Assembly: GCA_021158125.1 (NCBI GenBank)
Contig: JAGGVF010000012.1
Coordinates: 10,879 to 74,878 of the forward strand
Source: Candidatus Bathyarchaeota archaeon
Lineage (GTDB): Archaea; Thermoproteota; Bathyarchaeia; Bathyarchaeales; WUQV01
Direction: 5' to 3'
DNA: 64,000 nt
In this document: positions 1-8,872 of the stretch, one piece after another
Numbering within the stretch: position 1 is the first letter of the stretch
How the letters are laid out: every line of letters starts with the position of its first letter
Made by a program: the position numbers and the translations under genes
Notes under the pieces: model-generated
Databases searched by the model: none
The model's input: only the letters and a program-made list of their open reading frames with translations
What the model was told of the DNA's origin: nothing

Positions 1-395
1 GTTATGGCGAAAATTTTGCACTTTCTCTTATATGCTTCAATAAAAGCTGTTAAAGTTTCCTCGGTCTCCCCAGAATAGCTTATGGCAAAAACAACTGAAT
101 CTTCGTTGACGTAGGCGGGTAATTCGTAGTCGTTGCAGGTTTCAATGGGAATTGGACTTTTCTCTAAAAGCCAGTCCCTTAAAAGTTCTCCGCCTATAGA
201 GGAGCCGCCCATGCCGAGGACAACTATTCTTTCGCATTTCGTGTAATCTCTTGGAAATTCGGCTTCTCTGGCAAGTTTTATTGCGTCAGCAGTTATCTTA
301 TCTGTTTTAAGGCAAATGTTGAGCATGCCGTCCTTGTCTATTCGACTAATTTTCTTAACATCGTCAAGCAACTGCGTATTTGGCAGAATAATCAC
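1..395 (-). CDS. Bifunctional phosphoglucose/phosphomannose isomerase (SIS domain), N-terminal part; runs off the window start
   Basis: Manual translation from GTG at 395 (not in ORF track): ...RIDKDGML...IVVLGMGGSSIGGELLRDW...ELPAYV...ISYSGETEETL; GMGGS and SYSGxTEET are PGI/PMI motifs. Confidence 0.85.
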   Translation of the reverse strand, partial: MIILPNTQLLDDVKKISRIDKDGMLNICLKTDKITADAIKLAREAEFPRDYTKCERIVVLGMGGSSIGGELLRDWLLEKSPIPIETCNDYELPAYVNEDSVVFAISYSGETEETLTAFIEAYKRKCKIFAI

Positions 396-601
396 CAGCT
401 ATAATAATGTGGATTAAAAATAAAAGTCTAAGGAACAACTTTAAGGAATGAAAGAATTTGACAATAAGCTCAGACTTGACAACGCATGGCTCCAGCCATT
501 TTTACCCATTTTTACTCATTTTCCATCATTGCCCTCTTTTCCTAATTAAGCTTAGCCGAAATTAGATTTATTAGTATGATAGTGCTCTAACTTGCTTCAA
601 G

Positions 602-1393
602 GTGACCGCTTTGATTGACGAAGCAACAGTTACGAGAAACATTATTGAAAAAGCCGCAAAGGACTGGATTGACCTATCCGAAGTTGACGTTGTCGTAGTT
701 GGCGCCGGCCCGTCCGGATTAACTGCAGCGTACTATCTGGCCAAAGCAGGATTAAAAACAGTTGTATTTGAAAGAAAACTGTCCTTCGGCGGAGGAATAG
801 GCGGGGGCGGAATGCTATTCCACAAAGTTGTAGTTCAGTCACCAGCAGACCAAATTTTAAGGGAAATGGGATGCAAACTCGAAAAGGTTGAAGAAAACCT
901 CTTTGTAGCCGACGCGTCAGCTATGATTGCTAAACTGGCGAACAGCGCCATAGACGCTGGAGCAAAAGTAATCTTCGGAGTAACAGTGGACGACGTCATA
1001 TTCAGAGATGGAGAAAAACCGCAAATTTTAGGAGTAGTCGTCCAATGGACGGCGGTAATAATGTCCGGCATCCACGTCGACCCGTTAGGGATTAAAGCAA
1101 AAGCTGTCATAGACTGCACAGGCCACGAAGCTGAAGTTCTATCCGTAGCTTCAAGAAAAATTCCGGAATTAAACCTGCTCATTAAAGGGGAAAAGTCCAT
1201 GTGGACTATTGAAGCTGAAAAATCTACTGTTGAGAAAACTGGGGAGGTATGCCCAGGATTATATGCCGCTGGAATGGCTGTTGCCGCCTTGCATAATACT
1301 CCTAGAATGGGGCCGATTTTCGGGGGAATGTTGCTTAGCGGGAAGAAAATCGCTGAACTGGTCATTGAAAAACTTAAAGGCGAAAAAGAATAG
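602..1393 (+). CDS. thi4: Thiazole synthase Thi4, His-type (sulfide-dependent)
   Basis: GAGPSG dinucleotide motif, [37 protein letters not shown]. Confidence 0.93.
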   Translation: MTALIDEATVTRNIIEKAAKDWIDLSEVDVVVVGAGPSGLTAAYYLAKAGLKTVVFERKLSFGGGIGGGGMLFHKVVVQSPADQILREMGCKLEKVEENLFVADASAMIAKLANSAIDAGAKVIFGVTVDDVIFRDGEKPQILGVVVQWTAVIMSGIHVDPLGIKAKAVIDCTGHEAEVLSVASRKIPELNLLIKGEKSMWTIEAEKSTVEKTGEVCPGLYAAGMAVAALHNTPRMGPIFGGMLLSGKKIAELVIEKLKGEKE

Positions 1394-1466
1394 CATAGAA
1401 ATAAGGCATAAAGGCTTTTCATGTACATTTTTAGGGTTCTTAATAGTTATTAATGTAGGGAACTTT

Positions 1467-2249
1467 ATGCTTTCTCCAACCGTTGAAGTGGAAGTTAAGA
1501 AAATTGACTTGCTAAGGAATATGGCGAAAAAAGTGAAGGAGCATGTTGCAACCGAAGTTCCAGTGAACATTTATGTCAACAATAAAAAGGTGGCTACATT
1601 GTTTTCGTTGCCAACTAAATTGAAGGAGTTAGGAGTTGGGTGGATTCTAAGCCAAGCAATAGTAAAGTCCATTAATGAAGTAATTGACGTTAAACTTGAA
1701 GAGAACAATGTAAGGATAACGTGCAAAGGAGAAGTTGAACCCAGAATAAAGGCGGCCAAAACCTTAACAGTGATAGATTCCTCAACAGAAGACTTCCTCT
1801 TCTTAATCGACCGGATAGCCAAGCCCTTTGTTTCCTCAAACTACAAAGTTGATGCAAGGGAAATTTTACGTTTTGCTAAAGTGCTTAATCAGAAATCCAG
1901 CTTATTTAGGCTAACAGGCGGAGTGCATTCGGCTGCGCTTTTTCAGAATGGAAGTTTAGTGGCTTTCGCTGAGGATGTTGGCAGACATAATGCGGTTGAC
2001 AAGGTTATCGGTATAGCGGCCTTAAAGAAAGTCGATTTTTCAAGATGCGTCCTACTTAGCAGTGGCAGGCAGCCGGCAAACATGGTTTTAAAGGCTGCCC
2101 GTGTGGGAGTGCCAATAGTTGCATCTATTGCAGGCCCAGTATATTCTGGAATTGAAGCTGCCTTAAAAACTGGAGTTACATTAGTGTGTTTTGTCAGAGG
2201 AGAAAGATTAAATGTTTATAGCTTTCCAGAAAGGGTGCTAGTAGCTTAA
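1467..2249 (+). CDS. fdhD: FdhD/NarQ-family formate dehydrogenase accessory protein (lacks the CGxC motif)
   Basis: TGGVHSAAL, EDVGRHNAVDKVIG, SSGR, GVTLVCFVRG; ATG 1467 preferred because the ORF-track start overlaps thi4. Confidence 0.8.
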   Translation: MLSPTVEVEVKKIDLLRNMAKKVKEHVATEVPVNIYVNNKKVATLFSLPTKLKELGVGWILSQAIVKSINEVIDVKLEENNVRITCKGEVEPRIKAAKTLTVIDSSTEDFLFLIDRIAKPFVSSNYKVDAREILRFAKVLNQKSSLFRLTGGVHSAALFQNGSLVAFAEDVGRHNAVDKVIGIAALKKVDFSRCVLLSSGRQPANMVLKAARVGVPIVASIAGPVYSGIEAALKTGVTLVCFVRGERLNVYSFPERVLVA

Positions 2250-2258
2250 ATTTTGGAA

Positions 2259-3374
2259 TTATTTGAAAATTTTTACTGGTTTTCCTAGGAGCTTTGCGTC
2301 AAAGGACAGAATTCCGAGGCCGTTCTTTTTCGGAAGAGTTCGCTTCGAATCTTTCAGTTTTGCCCCGCCTCTTTTAACTAATTTGTCTTTTAGGAGTAAG
2401 TCTGAGTCAAGGTCTGCATATTGAACGTTTTTGGTGGCTGCTGCGAAGTGCACTGCAGCTGTTATGCCAAGGTTTGATTCTCCCATGCATCCGACCATGC
2501 ATGGAATTTTGGCTGCTTCGGCTATTGCTGCGATTTTCATTGCCTTCCATATTCCTCCGCTTTTCATTAGTTTTATGTTTATTAGGTCGACTGCTTCGGC
2601 TTTTATGGCTTTTAGGGCGTCTTCTGGCGAGTGAACGGTTTCGTCTGCCATAACTGGGATGGAAGAGTTCTTTCTTACGGTTGCTAATCCTTTGATGTCT
2701 TCTGCCTTAACTGGTTGTTCTACAAACTGTACATTGTATTTTTCAATTTTCTTTAGAACATCTATTGCCTCTTTCGGTTTCCATCCTTGGTTTGCATCAA
2801 TTCTAATTTGGATTTCTGAACCAACTGCTTCACGGATTCTTTTAGTTCTCTCAACATCCTCTGAGGGGTTAACCCCAACCTTCACTTTTAAAGCCTTAAA
2901 TCCCCTCTTAACAGCTTTAACAGCGTCTTTCGCCATTTCCTTTGGACTTTTTATTCCTAAGGTTATGTCGGTGAAGACTTCGTCGCGGTAGCCGCCCAGA
3001 AGTGCGGAAATACGTCTTCGAGTTTTTCTACCGATGATGTCGAATATGGCCATGTCAACTGCGGCTTTTGCGCTGGTGTTACCCTTAATGAGGTTGTCCA
3101 TTGTTTCTATTATTTGCTCTATCTTGAATGGGCACATTCCAATGAGTTTTGGCCCAATTTTGTTTAGGGCTTTAACAACTGTTTCCGGAGTTTCATTTGT
3201 GATTCTGAAGCTTGGAGAGGCTTCACCCCATCCTTGAACCCCGAAGTCGGTTACCACTCTTACAACTATGTTCTCGCTTTTCGTACTAGTTCCAAGAGCT
3301 ATTCGAAACGGCTCAACATAACTTAGAGAAACCCTATAAACTTCTATTCTTTCTATCCCCAACTTAAGCACCAA
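2259..3374 (-). CDS. Dipeptide epimerase (enolase superfamily, MLE subgroup)
   Basis: LKVKVG (KxK), DANQG, EQP, ADE, NIKLMK, GCM and DLD motifs. Confidence 0.85.
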   Translation of the reverse strand: MVLKLGIERIEVYRVSLSYVEPFRIALGTSTKSENIVVRVVTDFGVQGWGEASPSFRITNETPETVVKALNKIGPKLIGMCPFKIEQIIETMDNLIKGNTSAKAAVDMAIFDIIGRKTRRRISALLGGYRDEVFTDITLGIKSPKEMAKDAVKAVKRGFKALKVKVGVNPSEDVERTKRIREAVGSEIQIRIDANQGWKPKEAIDVLKKIEKYNVQFVEQPVKAEDIKGLATVRKNSSIPVMADETVHSPEDALKAIKAEAVDLINIKLMKSGGIWKAMKIAAIAEAAKIPCMVGCMGESNLGITAAVHFAAATKNVQYADLDSDLLLKDKLVKRGGAKLKDSKRTLPKKNGLGILSFDAKLLGKPVKIFK

Positions 3375-3413
3375 TTGTTAAGAAGTTAACACTGATTTCA
3401 GAAAAGCTTTATC

Positions 3414-4673
3414 CTATACGGTTTTCCTTTTCAGCTTTCTCAACTTCCTAAATTTTATCCTTGCAGTTAGAATCTTCTCAGTCGCAAAGAATTTCGCCGC
3501 AACGTATAGAATTACAACCGTAAATATCGAAACGTAGACTATTCCACCTATTGCCATCAAATAGTTTCCAGTTACAGCTGCCCTAGCAGCAAGTATCGGA
3601 TGAGAATAAGGTATTGCCAAAATCAAAATTTGTAAAGGAAGCGAAAGCGAAAAAACGTCTGTGTACATTAGTAGAAACATTGGAATGAATATTAAGGGGT
3701 AAATGTAGCCTACGATCGCTTGGGCGCTCCTGACATCTTCTGTGAAAGCGGATATTACAACAGCTAAGGCAAGTGCCGAAAGTAGGGAAACAAATAGAGA
3801 AATGCCCATCAGAACATAGCCCAGAAGACTTGGAGCTAAACCCAGTTCGGCTAGGTCTACTCCAACCTCTGTGGGAACAAAAGTGAACATTTCACCCATA
3901 TAGTAGGTAAATCCGATAAGGTAGGCTACCGCCCCAAGTAATGCAACAAAAATCGAGCCGAAAAGCTTACCCATTAATATAGTAAAGCGATTAATTGGAA
4001 GACTAAGCAAAGTTTCAAGGGTTTTCTCCTCCTTTTCAGAGGCAACCGACGTTGCAGCCAACTGCATAGCAAGAACAATTATAATTGAAAGGGCAATCGG
4101 CGTCGCAACATATTGAGACATGGCCAAGTTAAAAAGCACCTCGGGAGGAATCGGTAGCGGTTTTCCTTTAACAACAGAGTTTTTGGAAACCGTGAAAGGA
4201 TCTGGAGCCCACAGCCTCTTTACCATTTCAATCATGGAGTTCACAGCCTCTGAACGTGCACTCTCAACCATTCCGGAACCACTGTAAACGCTGTAAGTCT
4301 TAAGCTGAGCCTTTTCCCCTTCAGTTACGTTTTGGCTAAACCCTTTCGGAATAACTATTAAATCCGTAAGATTGTAAATTTGCATTTGCTGTACAGCTTG
4401 GCTTTCGTCAGAAGCATTTATGACCGTAACGTTTGCGCCTAGACCTATTAAATTCTCAATTAACGCCTGGCTCCAATTTCCATTGTCAAGGTCGGCTACT
4501 CCAACAGTAACTTGTTTAACGCTTTCCTGAACTTGTGTAAAAATAGACTGCATTGCAAAACCCATTATCGGAAACATTATTAAGGGAACTATAATCATTC
4601 CCAGCAGTATTCTCGGATCTCTAATAAGCTCCTTAACTTCTTTCGAAATAATGGCCTTCAGATCTCTAAGCAT
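3414..4673 (-). CDS. ABC-2/NatB-like exporter permease
   Basis: KEVKELIRDPR N-terminus, extracytoplasmic domain, SVASEKEEKTLETLLSLP, multiple TM segments; overlaps ATPase gene. Confidence 0.85.
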   Translation of the reverse strand: MLRDLKAIISKEVKELIRDPRILLGMIIVPLIMFPIMGFAMQSIFTQVQESVKQVTVGVADLDNGNWSQALIENLIGLGANVTVINASDESQAVQQMQIYNLTDLIVIPKGFSQNVTEGEKAQLKTYSVYSGSGMVESARSEAVNSMIEMVKRLWAPDPFTVSKNSVVKGKPLPIPPEVLFNLAMSQYVATPIALSIIIVLAMQLAATSVASEKEEKTLETLLSLPINRFTILMGKLFGSIFVALLGAVAYLIGFTYYMGEMFTFVPTEVGVDLAELGLAPSLLGYVLMGISLFVSLLSALALAVVISAFTEDVRSAQAIVGYIYPLIFIPMFLLMYTDVFSLSLPLQILILAIPYSHPILAARAAVTGNYLMAIGGIVYVSIFTVVILYVAAKFFATEKILTARIKFRKLRKLKRKTV

Positions 4674-5403
4674 GGCCCGTCACCTTAACAAAGACTTCTT
4701 CTAGGTTTTCGGCATTATATTCAGATTTAAGCTTCTCAGGAGAACCTTCAGCCACTATTTTCCCTTTATTTATTAATGCAACCCTATCGCATAGATACTC
4801 AACTTCCAACATGTTGTGACTAGAAAGCAGAACAGTAACTCCGAATTCCTCCACGTATCTTTTAATTATATTTCTAACATGAAAAGAATGTACAACGTCT
4901 AATCCGCTTGTTGGTTCATCCAAAACTGCAAGTTTGGGCTTAATCATCAAAGCCCTTGCAACCAAAAGCCTACGTTTCATCCCCTTACTGTAAGTCTTAA
5001 TTCTATCATAGAGCCTTTCACCTAAACCAGAAATTTCAGCCGCTTGCTCAACCATACTTCTAATTTCATCCCTGTTACCAGCGCTAAAACTGGCCATAAA
5101 CTCCAAATACTCCATTCCGGAAAGATTCTTATAGGCTCCAGCCTCTTCGGGAAGGTAACTTATAAGCCTACGAACTTCCTCAGCCTTGCTTACAACGTCT
5201 AATCCAAAAACTTTCACACTGCCAGAAGTAGGCAAAAGCAAAGTGGCAATTATCCTTAAAGATGTTGTTTTTCCAGCGCCATTAGGCCCTATAAGCCCGT
5301 AAATCTCCCCTTTTTCAACGTTAAAGGTTAACCCGTCTAAAGCCCGAACATTACCAAAGACTTTAACTAAATTATTAACTTCAACAGCGGCCATAGCATC
5401 CAC
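4666..5403 (-). CDS. ABC transporter ATP-binding protein (NatA/CcmA-like)
   Basis: GPNGAGKT, YSKGM signature, LDEP, SSH. Confidence 0.92.
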   Translation of the reverse strand: MDAMAAVEVNNLVKVFGNVRALDGLTFNVEKGEIYGLIGPNGAGKTTSLRIIATLLLPTSGSVKVFGLDVVSKAEEVRRLISYLPEEAGAYKNLSGMEYLEFMASFSAGNRDEIRSMVEQAAEISGLGERLYDRIKTYSKGMKRRLLVARALMIKPKLAVLDEPTSGLDVVHSFHVRNIIKRYVEEFGVTVLLSSHNMLEVEYLCDRVALINKGKIVAEGSPEKLKSEYNAENLEEVFVKVTGHA

Positions 5404-5553
5404 CGAAGCTTGTTTACCTTTTAAGAGAGCATATTTAAACTTTTAGTTCTTCAAACGGATAACCCTCAGAATATTCCAGCATTCTTTTTCAAATTTTGAA
5501 CATTACCAAAACTCGACAAACAGAAAATAATAAAAGGTTTTGAATGTTTATCG

Positions 5554-6570
5554 CTAAGGTTTCCATGAAGCGAGGTCTTCTGCTACTTTCGCCACCATAT
5601 CCACGCCTAAAATCTCAGTTTCGTATAATGGAATTATTGCTCTAACCATGGGCCAAAGATCTCTCTTAATTATTTTCAAGTAGCCCTCTTGTTCCTTAAA
5701 CTTGTTAGTTAAATACTCGGAGACCTTTTTTCTCTTTACAAGTTCTTCAGGAATAACTTGGTTTACGATAACCCCGCCAGTTGGTATATTGAAACCTTGA
5801 ACCATCCCAATGAACCTCTTAACAACAGCTATTGGAAGCGCTAAGGGCAATGTTACGAAGAAGAAAGCCGTTCTTTCCGGATCGTTAAATATTTCTTTAG
5901 CTTTCTTTATTCTTTCGTTCATTTCAAGCAGATCGGCGATCAACGGGTCCTTTTTGACTTCTTCTTGAACTTTTTCCTTTCTAAATGATAGTTTCACCCT
6001 TAGGGAAAGCGCTTCTTTTCTGCTCTTTATCATTCGGCTTAGCCAGAGCCCGTAAATTTTGCTTAGTCCGAGAAGTCTAACTGCGTTGGCGACTGCCGCT
6101 GTGTCAAAAACTATTCTGTCGTATTCCTCAGCTTTGTTCAGCATTATCTCCATGGTTTCGTCAAACATTGCGCTCTCTTCGAAAGCCGGGTTAGTTGACG
6201 CTATATCCACGAATTCGTCGGCTTTCATTGAGATGTCTGCCCATTTCAGAAACATTCTAAGCTTTTCTGCAAGTTGGGCTTTATACTTCTCCTTCCTTTC
6301 GGTTATATCAACTTCGATTGCATAAAGGTTCTTTGCGCCTTTTACTGGTTTAACTACGCCTCCTGTTAAGTCCTGTTGAAACAGACTGGAAAGCGAATGA
6401 ACAGGGTTTAAGGAGGCTAGCAGAACTTTTTCTCCCTTTGAAGCAAAGTGGTAGGCTATGCCCGCGGCGGCTATGGTTTTTCCTACTCCGCCTTTTCCTC
6501 CAGTGAACATAAATTTTAATTTCGGATGCGTTTCAACAAATTTGCTAAAGGTTACATGTTCTTTTGGCAA
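5554..6570 (-). CDS. ArsA/Get3-family ATPase, catalytically degenerate copy
   Basis: GGKGGVGKT intact; switch I SLNPVHSL (normally STDPAHS); switch II DTAAVAN (normally DTAPTGH). Start probably TTG 6570 behind GGAGG, just after the upstream stop. Confidence 0.85.
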   Translation of the reverse strand: MPKEHVTFSKFVETHPKLKFMFTGGKGGVGKTIAAAGIAYHFASKGEKVLLASLNPVHSLSSLFQQDLTGGVVKPVKGAKNLYAIEVDITERKEKYKAQLAEKLRMFLKWADISMKADEFVDIASTNPAFEESAMFDETMEIMLNKAEEYDRIVFDTAAVANAVRLLGLSKIYGLWLSRMIKSRKEALSLRVKLSFRKEKVQEEVKKDPLIADLLEMNERIKKAKEIFNDPERTAFFFVTLPLALPIAVVKRFIGMVQGFNIPTGGVIVNQVIPEELVKRKKVSEYLTNKFKEQEGYLKIIKRDLWPMVRAIIPLYETEILGVDMVAKVAEDLASWKP

Positions 6571-6572
6571 AA

Positions 6573-7577
6573 TTATATACCTCCTACTTCCCAAGGTTTT
6601 TCAAAAAGGTATTCTGCCACTTTTGCAATCATTTTGAATCCTTTAGGTTCTCTGTCGAACATGGGAACTATTGCTCTAACGTATTCTCCAAGTTCCTTCT
6701 TGATTTCCTCCATGTACATTTGCTGCATTTTTATTCTGTTCCTTAAGAAGTCGCTTAAATCTTCTCTTTCAAGCAGTGAAACAGGATAGACTTGGTTTAC
6801 TATTACTCCGCTGAGGGTTATGCCCAATTTTTCGAACATTTCCAAGGCTCTTTTTGTATCCAAAATCGCCATTTTTTCGGGTATTAAAACCATGAAAAAG
6901 GCTGTTGTGTCGGGGTTCGTTAAGGTTTCTCTGAAGAAGTCAAGTTTTGATCTGATATCTCTTAGTTCGTCAAGTATTGCGTCTCTTCTTTCTATTTCTC
7001 CGCCTCTGATTACTGCTTCGGCTTCTTTTAGTTCTGCGGCTTTCCTCCTCGCTTCTTCCATTTTGTCTATCCAAGCGTCAAGTATGGTTGCCATACTGAT
7101 CATTCTGACTCCGTGGCCAAAAGGTGGCATATCAAAAATGTAAAGGTCATATTTCCCTGCAGATAGGAGTTCAGCCATGGCGTCGTATGTTGCACTTTCG
7201 TACATGGCTGGTTCGGAAGCAGCTGTTTTTATGTATTCGTCTATTTCTGCGGGTAATTCGTCGATTTTGTACATTTCCTTTATTTGGTTTCGCACATGCT
7301 CTTGAAACTCGGCTATCCTCTTATCTCCGTCAATTTCAACAGCGTAAAGGTTTGGTTGAAGCTCTTGTTCACCTTTTCCAAATAAATCTCTTTCAAAGAC
7401 GTCGGTTAGTGAAGCTTGGGGGTCTGTACTGAAACATATGACTTTTTTCTTTTGTTTTGCAAACCAGTAGGCTGTTGCAGCGCTTGCAGTGGTTTTTCCG
7501 AGGCCGCCTTTGCCAGCGTATACTATGACTCTTAGTTTTGGGTGTTTCTGAATGAATTCTTTGAGGGACATCACCAA
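6573..7577 (-). CDS. ArsA/Get3-family ATPase, canonical motifs
   Basis: AGKGGLGKTT, STDPQASL, DMPPFGH, LIPEKMAILDT, VIVNQV. Confidence 0.88.
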   Translation of the reverse strand: MVMSLKEFIQKHPKLRVIVYAGKGGLGKTTASAATAYWFAKQKKKVICFSTDPQASLTDVFERDLFGKGEQELQPNLYAVEIDGDKRIAEFQEHVRNQIKEMYKIDELPAEIDEYIKTAASEPAMYESATYDAMAELLSAGKYDLYIFDMPPFGHGVRMISMATILDAWIDKMEEARRKAAELKEAEAVIRGGEIERRDAILDELRDIRSKLDFFRETLTNPDTTAFFMVLIPEKMAILDTKRALEMFEKLGITLSGVIVNQVYPVSLLEREDLSDFLRNRIKMQQMYMEEIKKELGEYVRAIVPMFDREPKGFKMIAKVAEYLFEKPWEVGGI

Positions 7578-7589
7578 GTTGTTTTCCTC

Positions 7590-7877
7590 CTAGTAGAGCA
7601 TGTCCGTTACGTCTTTTTCTTGCAAAAGTTGCCGTTTCCAAGATTTAATATTGGGTAGGGCGTAGGGTAGCAGTTTCAGTGAATAGTATGGTGGTAGAAT
7701 GGGCAGTCCAAGCATATCTCCCAGAGTGATGAGCATGAAAAGGTTTTCCATGAGCATTCTCTGTTTTAGCATTTGCCTAACAACTACATGGGAGGCCATT
7801 CCATAGAAAGTTTCTTTAAGGGCTCTTTTAGCCTCGCCAAAAATCTTTTTTTCCTCTTTTTCCTTTTTGTTCGGCAT
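7590..7877 (-). CDS. Small CstA/ArsA-associated protein A
   Basis: 95 aa; core LFMLITLGDMLGLPILPPYYSLKLLPY; paralog of 7958-8236; same strand as the ATPases, 12 bp from the next gene. Confidence 0.7.
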   Translation of the reverse strand: MPNKKEKEEKKIFGEAKRALKETFYGMASHVVVRQMLKQRMLMENLFMLITLGDMLGLPILPPYYSLKLLPYALPNIKSWKRQLLQEKDVTDMLY

Positions 7878-7957
7878 CGAATTTCGCCTCTATACAGATA
7901 GAATTACCTATATTTTATTTAAGTTTATTTCAAATAGTTTACTATGTAAATGTTTCA

Positions 7958-8236
7958 TTAAGCACTTTCTGAAACTTTCTCAAAGAAATCCTTATCTTTT
8001 AAGGTCTCTTTTTTCCATAGTTCTATAAAAGGAAAGAAATACGGTAACAGCTTATACTTATAAATTGGCGGCAGCAGTGGCAGTCCAAGCATGTCTCCAT
8101 AAAGGAGAGTCATAAAAGTAAAGTTATGAGTCATAATCTGTTTTCTAATAACCTCTACGTGACCGTGAACTGTGAATCCATAAATAAAGTCGGAAAGAGC
8201 CTTTTTTAATCGGCTTTTAATCTCTGCAAAATTCAA
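7958..8236 (-). CDS. Small CstA/ArsA-associated protein B
   Basis: 92 aa; core FMTLLYGDMLGLPLLPPIYKYKLLPY aligns with protein A. Confidence 0.7.
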   Translation of the reverse strand: MNFAEIKSRLKKALSDFIYGFTVHGHVEVIRKQIMTHNFTFMTLLYGDMLGLPLLPPIYKYKLLPYFFPFIELWKKETLKDKDFFEKVSESA

Positions 8237-8317
8237 CCATTAACGCCTCTACCATTTAATGGAAGTATTAAGATTTAAATCCTATGCTAATTAGATTAAT
8301 CTTCGAAGTGAACAGTT

Positions 8318-8872
8318 GTGGGAAGAACGGGGAAAAAGGACGTACTCGTAGAATGTAGAAACTTGCTTATGGGCAACGCGGAGTTTCTAAGATTCAAAGT
8401 TCCAGAAGAATGGAATGTTGGCCCTGTTCCATTTGAAACCGATGTTGAAAACTGGACTGAAATAAATGGAAAAACTTGGGTGACGAAAGGCCAAACCCGA
8501 GTTCACATAGTTCTGGGTGAAAAAAGAAGGCGAATTGATCTTTTAGTGAAAGCTAAGGGTTATAATAAAAAATTCGATGTTGAAAACTGGCTAGAGAAAA
8601 AAAGGAGAAAAATTGAAGACGCAAAAGGAAGAAAAATGAAGAAAACTGGATTTCTACTTGTAAAAGACCATAAACTGCCGTACATAATTTATTCTAGAAC
8701 ACGGAAAAAGTTTGGACTTTTCGGGAAGGAAAATGAAGAGGTGCTTTTGAACGCAGTTTTGAAATGTGAAAAAACATCTAGGATAATATTCTTAGATGCT
8801 CATCTAAATTTTGACGATAATGAATTAATAGATACCCTACTTGATGTTCTTTCGACCTTTACGTGCCATTGA
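8318..8872 (+). CDS. Hypothetical basic soluble protein
   Basis: 184-aa ORF filling the gap between neighbours; FKVPEEW motif, C-terminal CH. Confidence 0.55.
   Translation: MGRTGKKDVLVECRNLLMGNAEFLRFKVPEEWNVGPVPFETDVENWTEINGKTWVTKGQTRVHIVLGEKRRRIDLLVKAKGYNKKFDVENWLEKKRRKIEDAKGRKMKKTGFLLVKDHKLPYIIYSRTRKKFGLFGKENEEVLLNAVLKCEKTSRIIFLDAHLNFDDNELIDTLLDVLSTFTCH

Noticed and set aside
396-601. TPP riboswitch upstream of thi4; short CCATTTTTAC and TTGACAA repeats
   Set aside because: No CTGAGA/CCTGA riboswitch core; repeats are short and low complexity.
5554-7577. Arsenic-resistance operon
   Set aside because: No arsB/acr3/arsC/arsR nearby, and metalloid-binding cysteines are absent.
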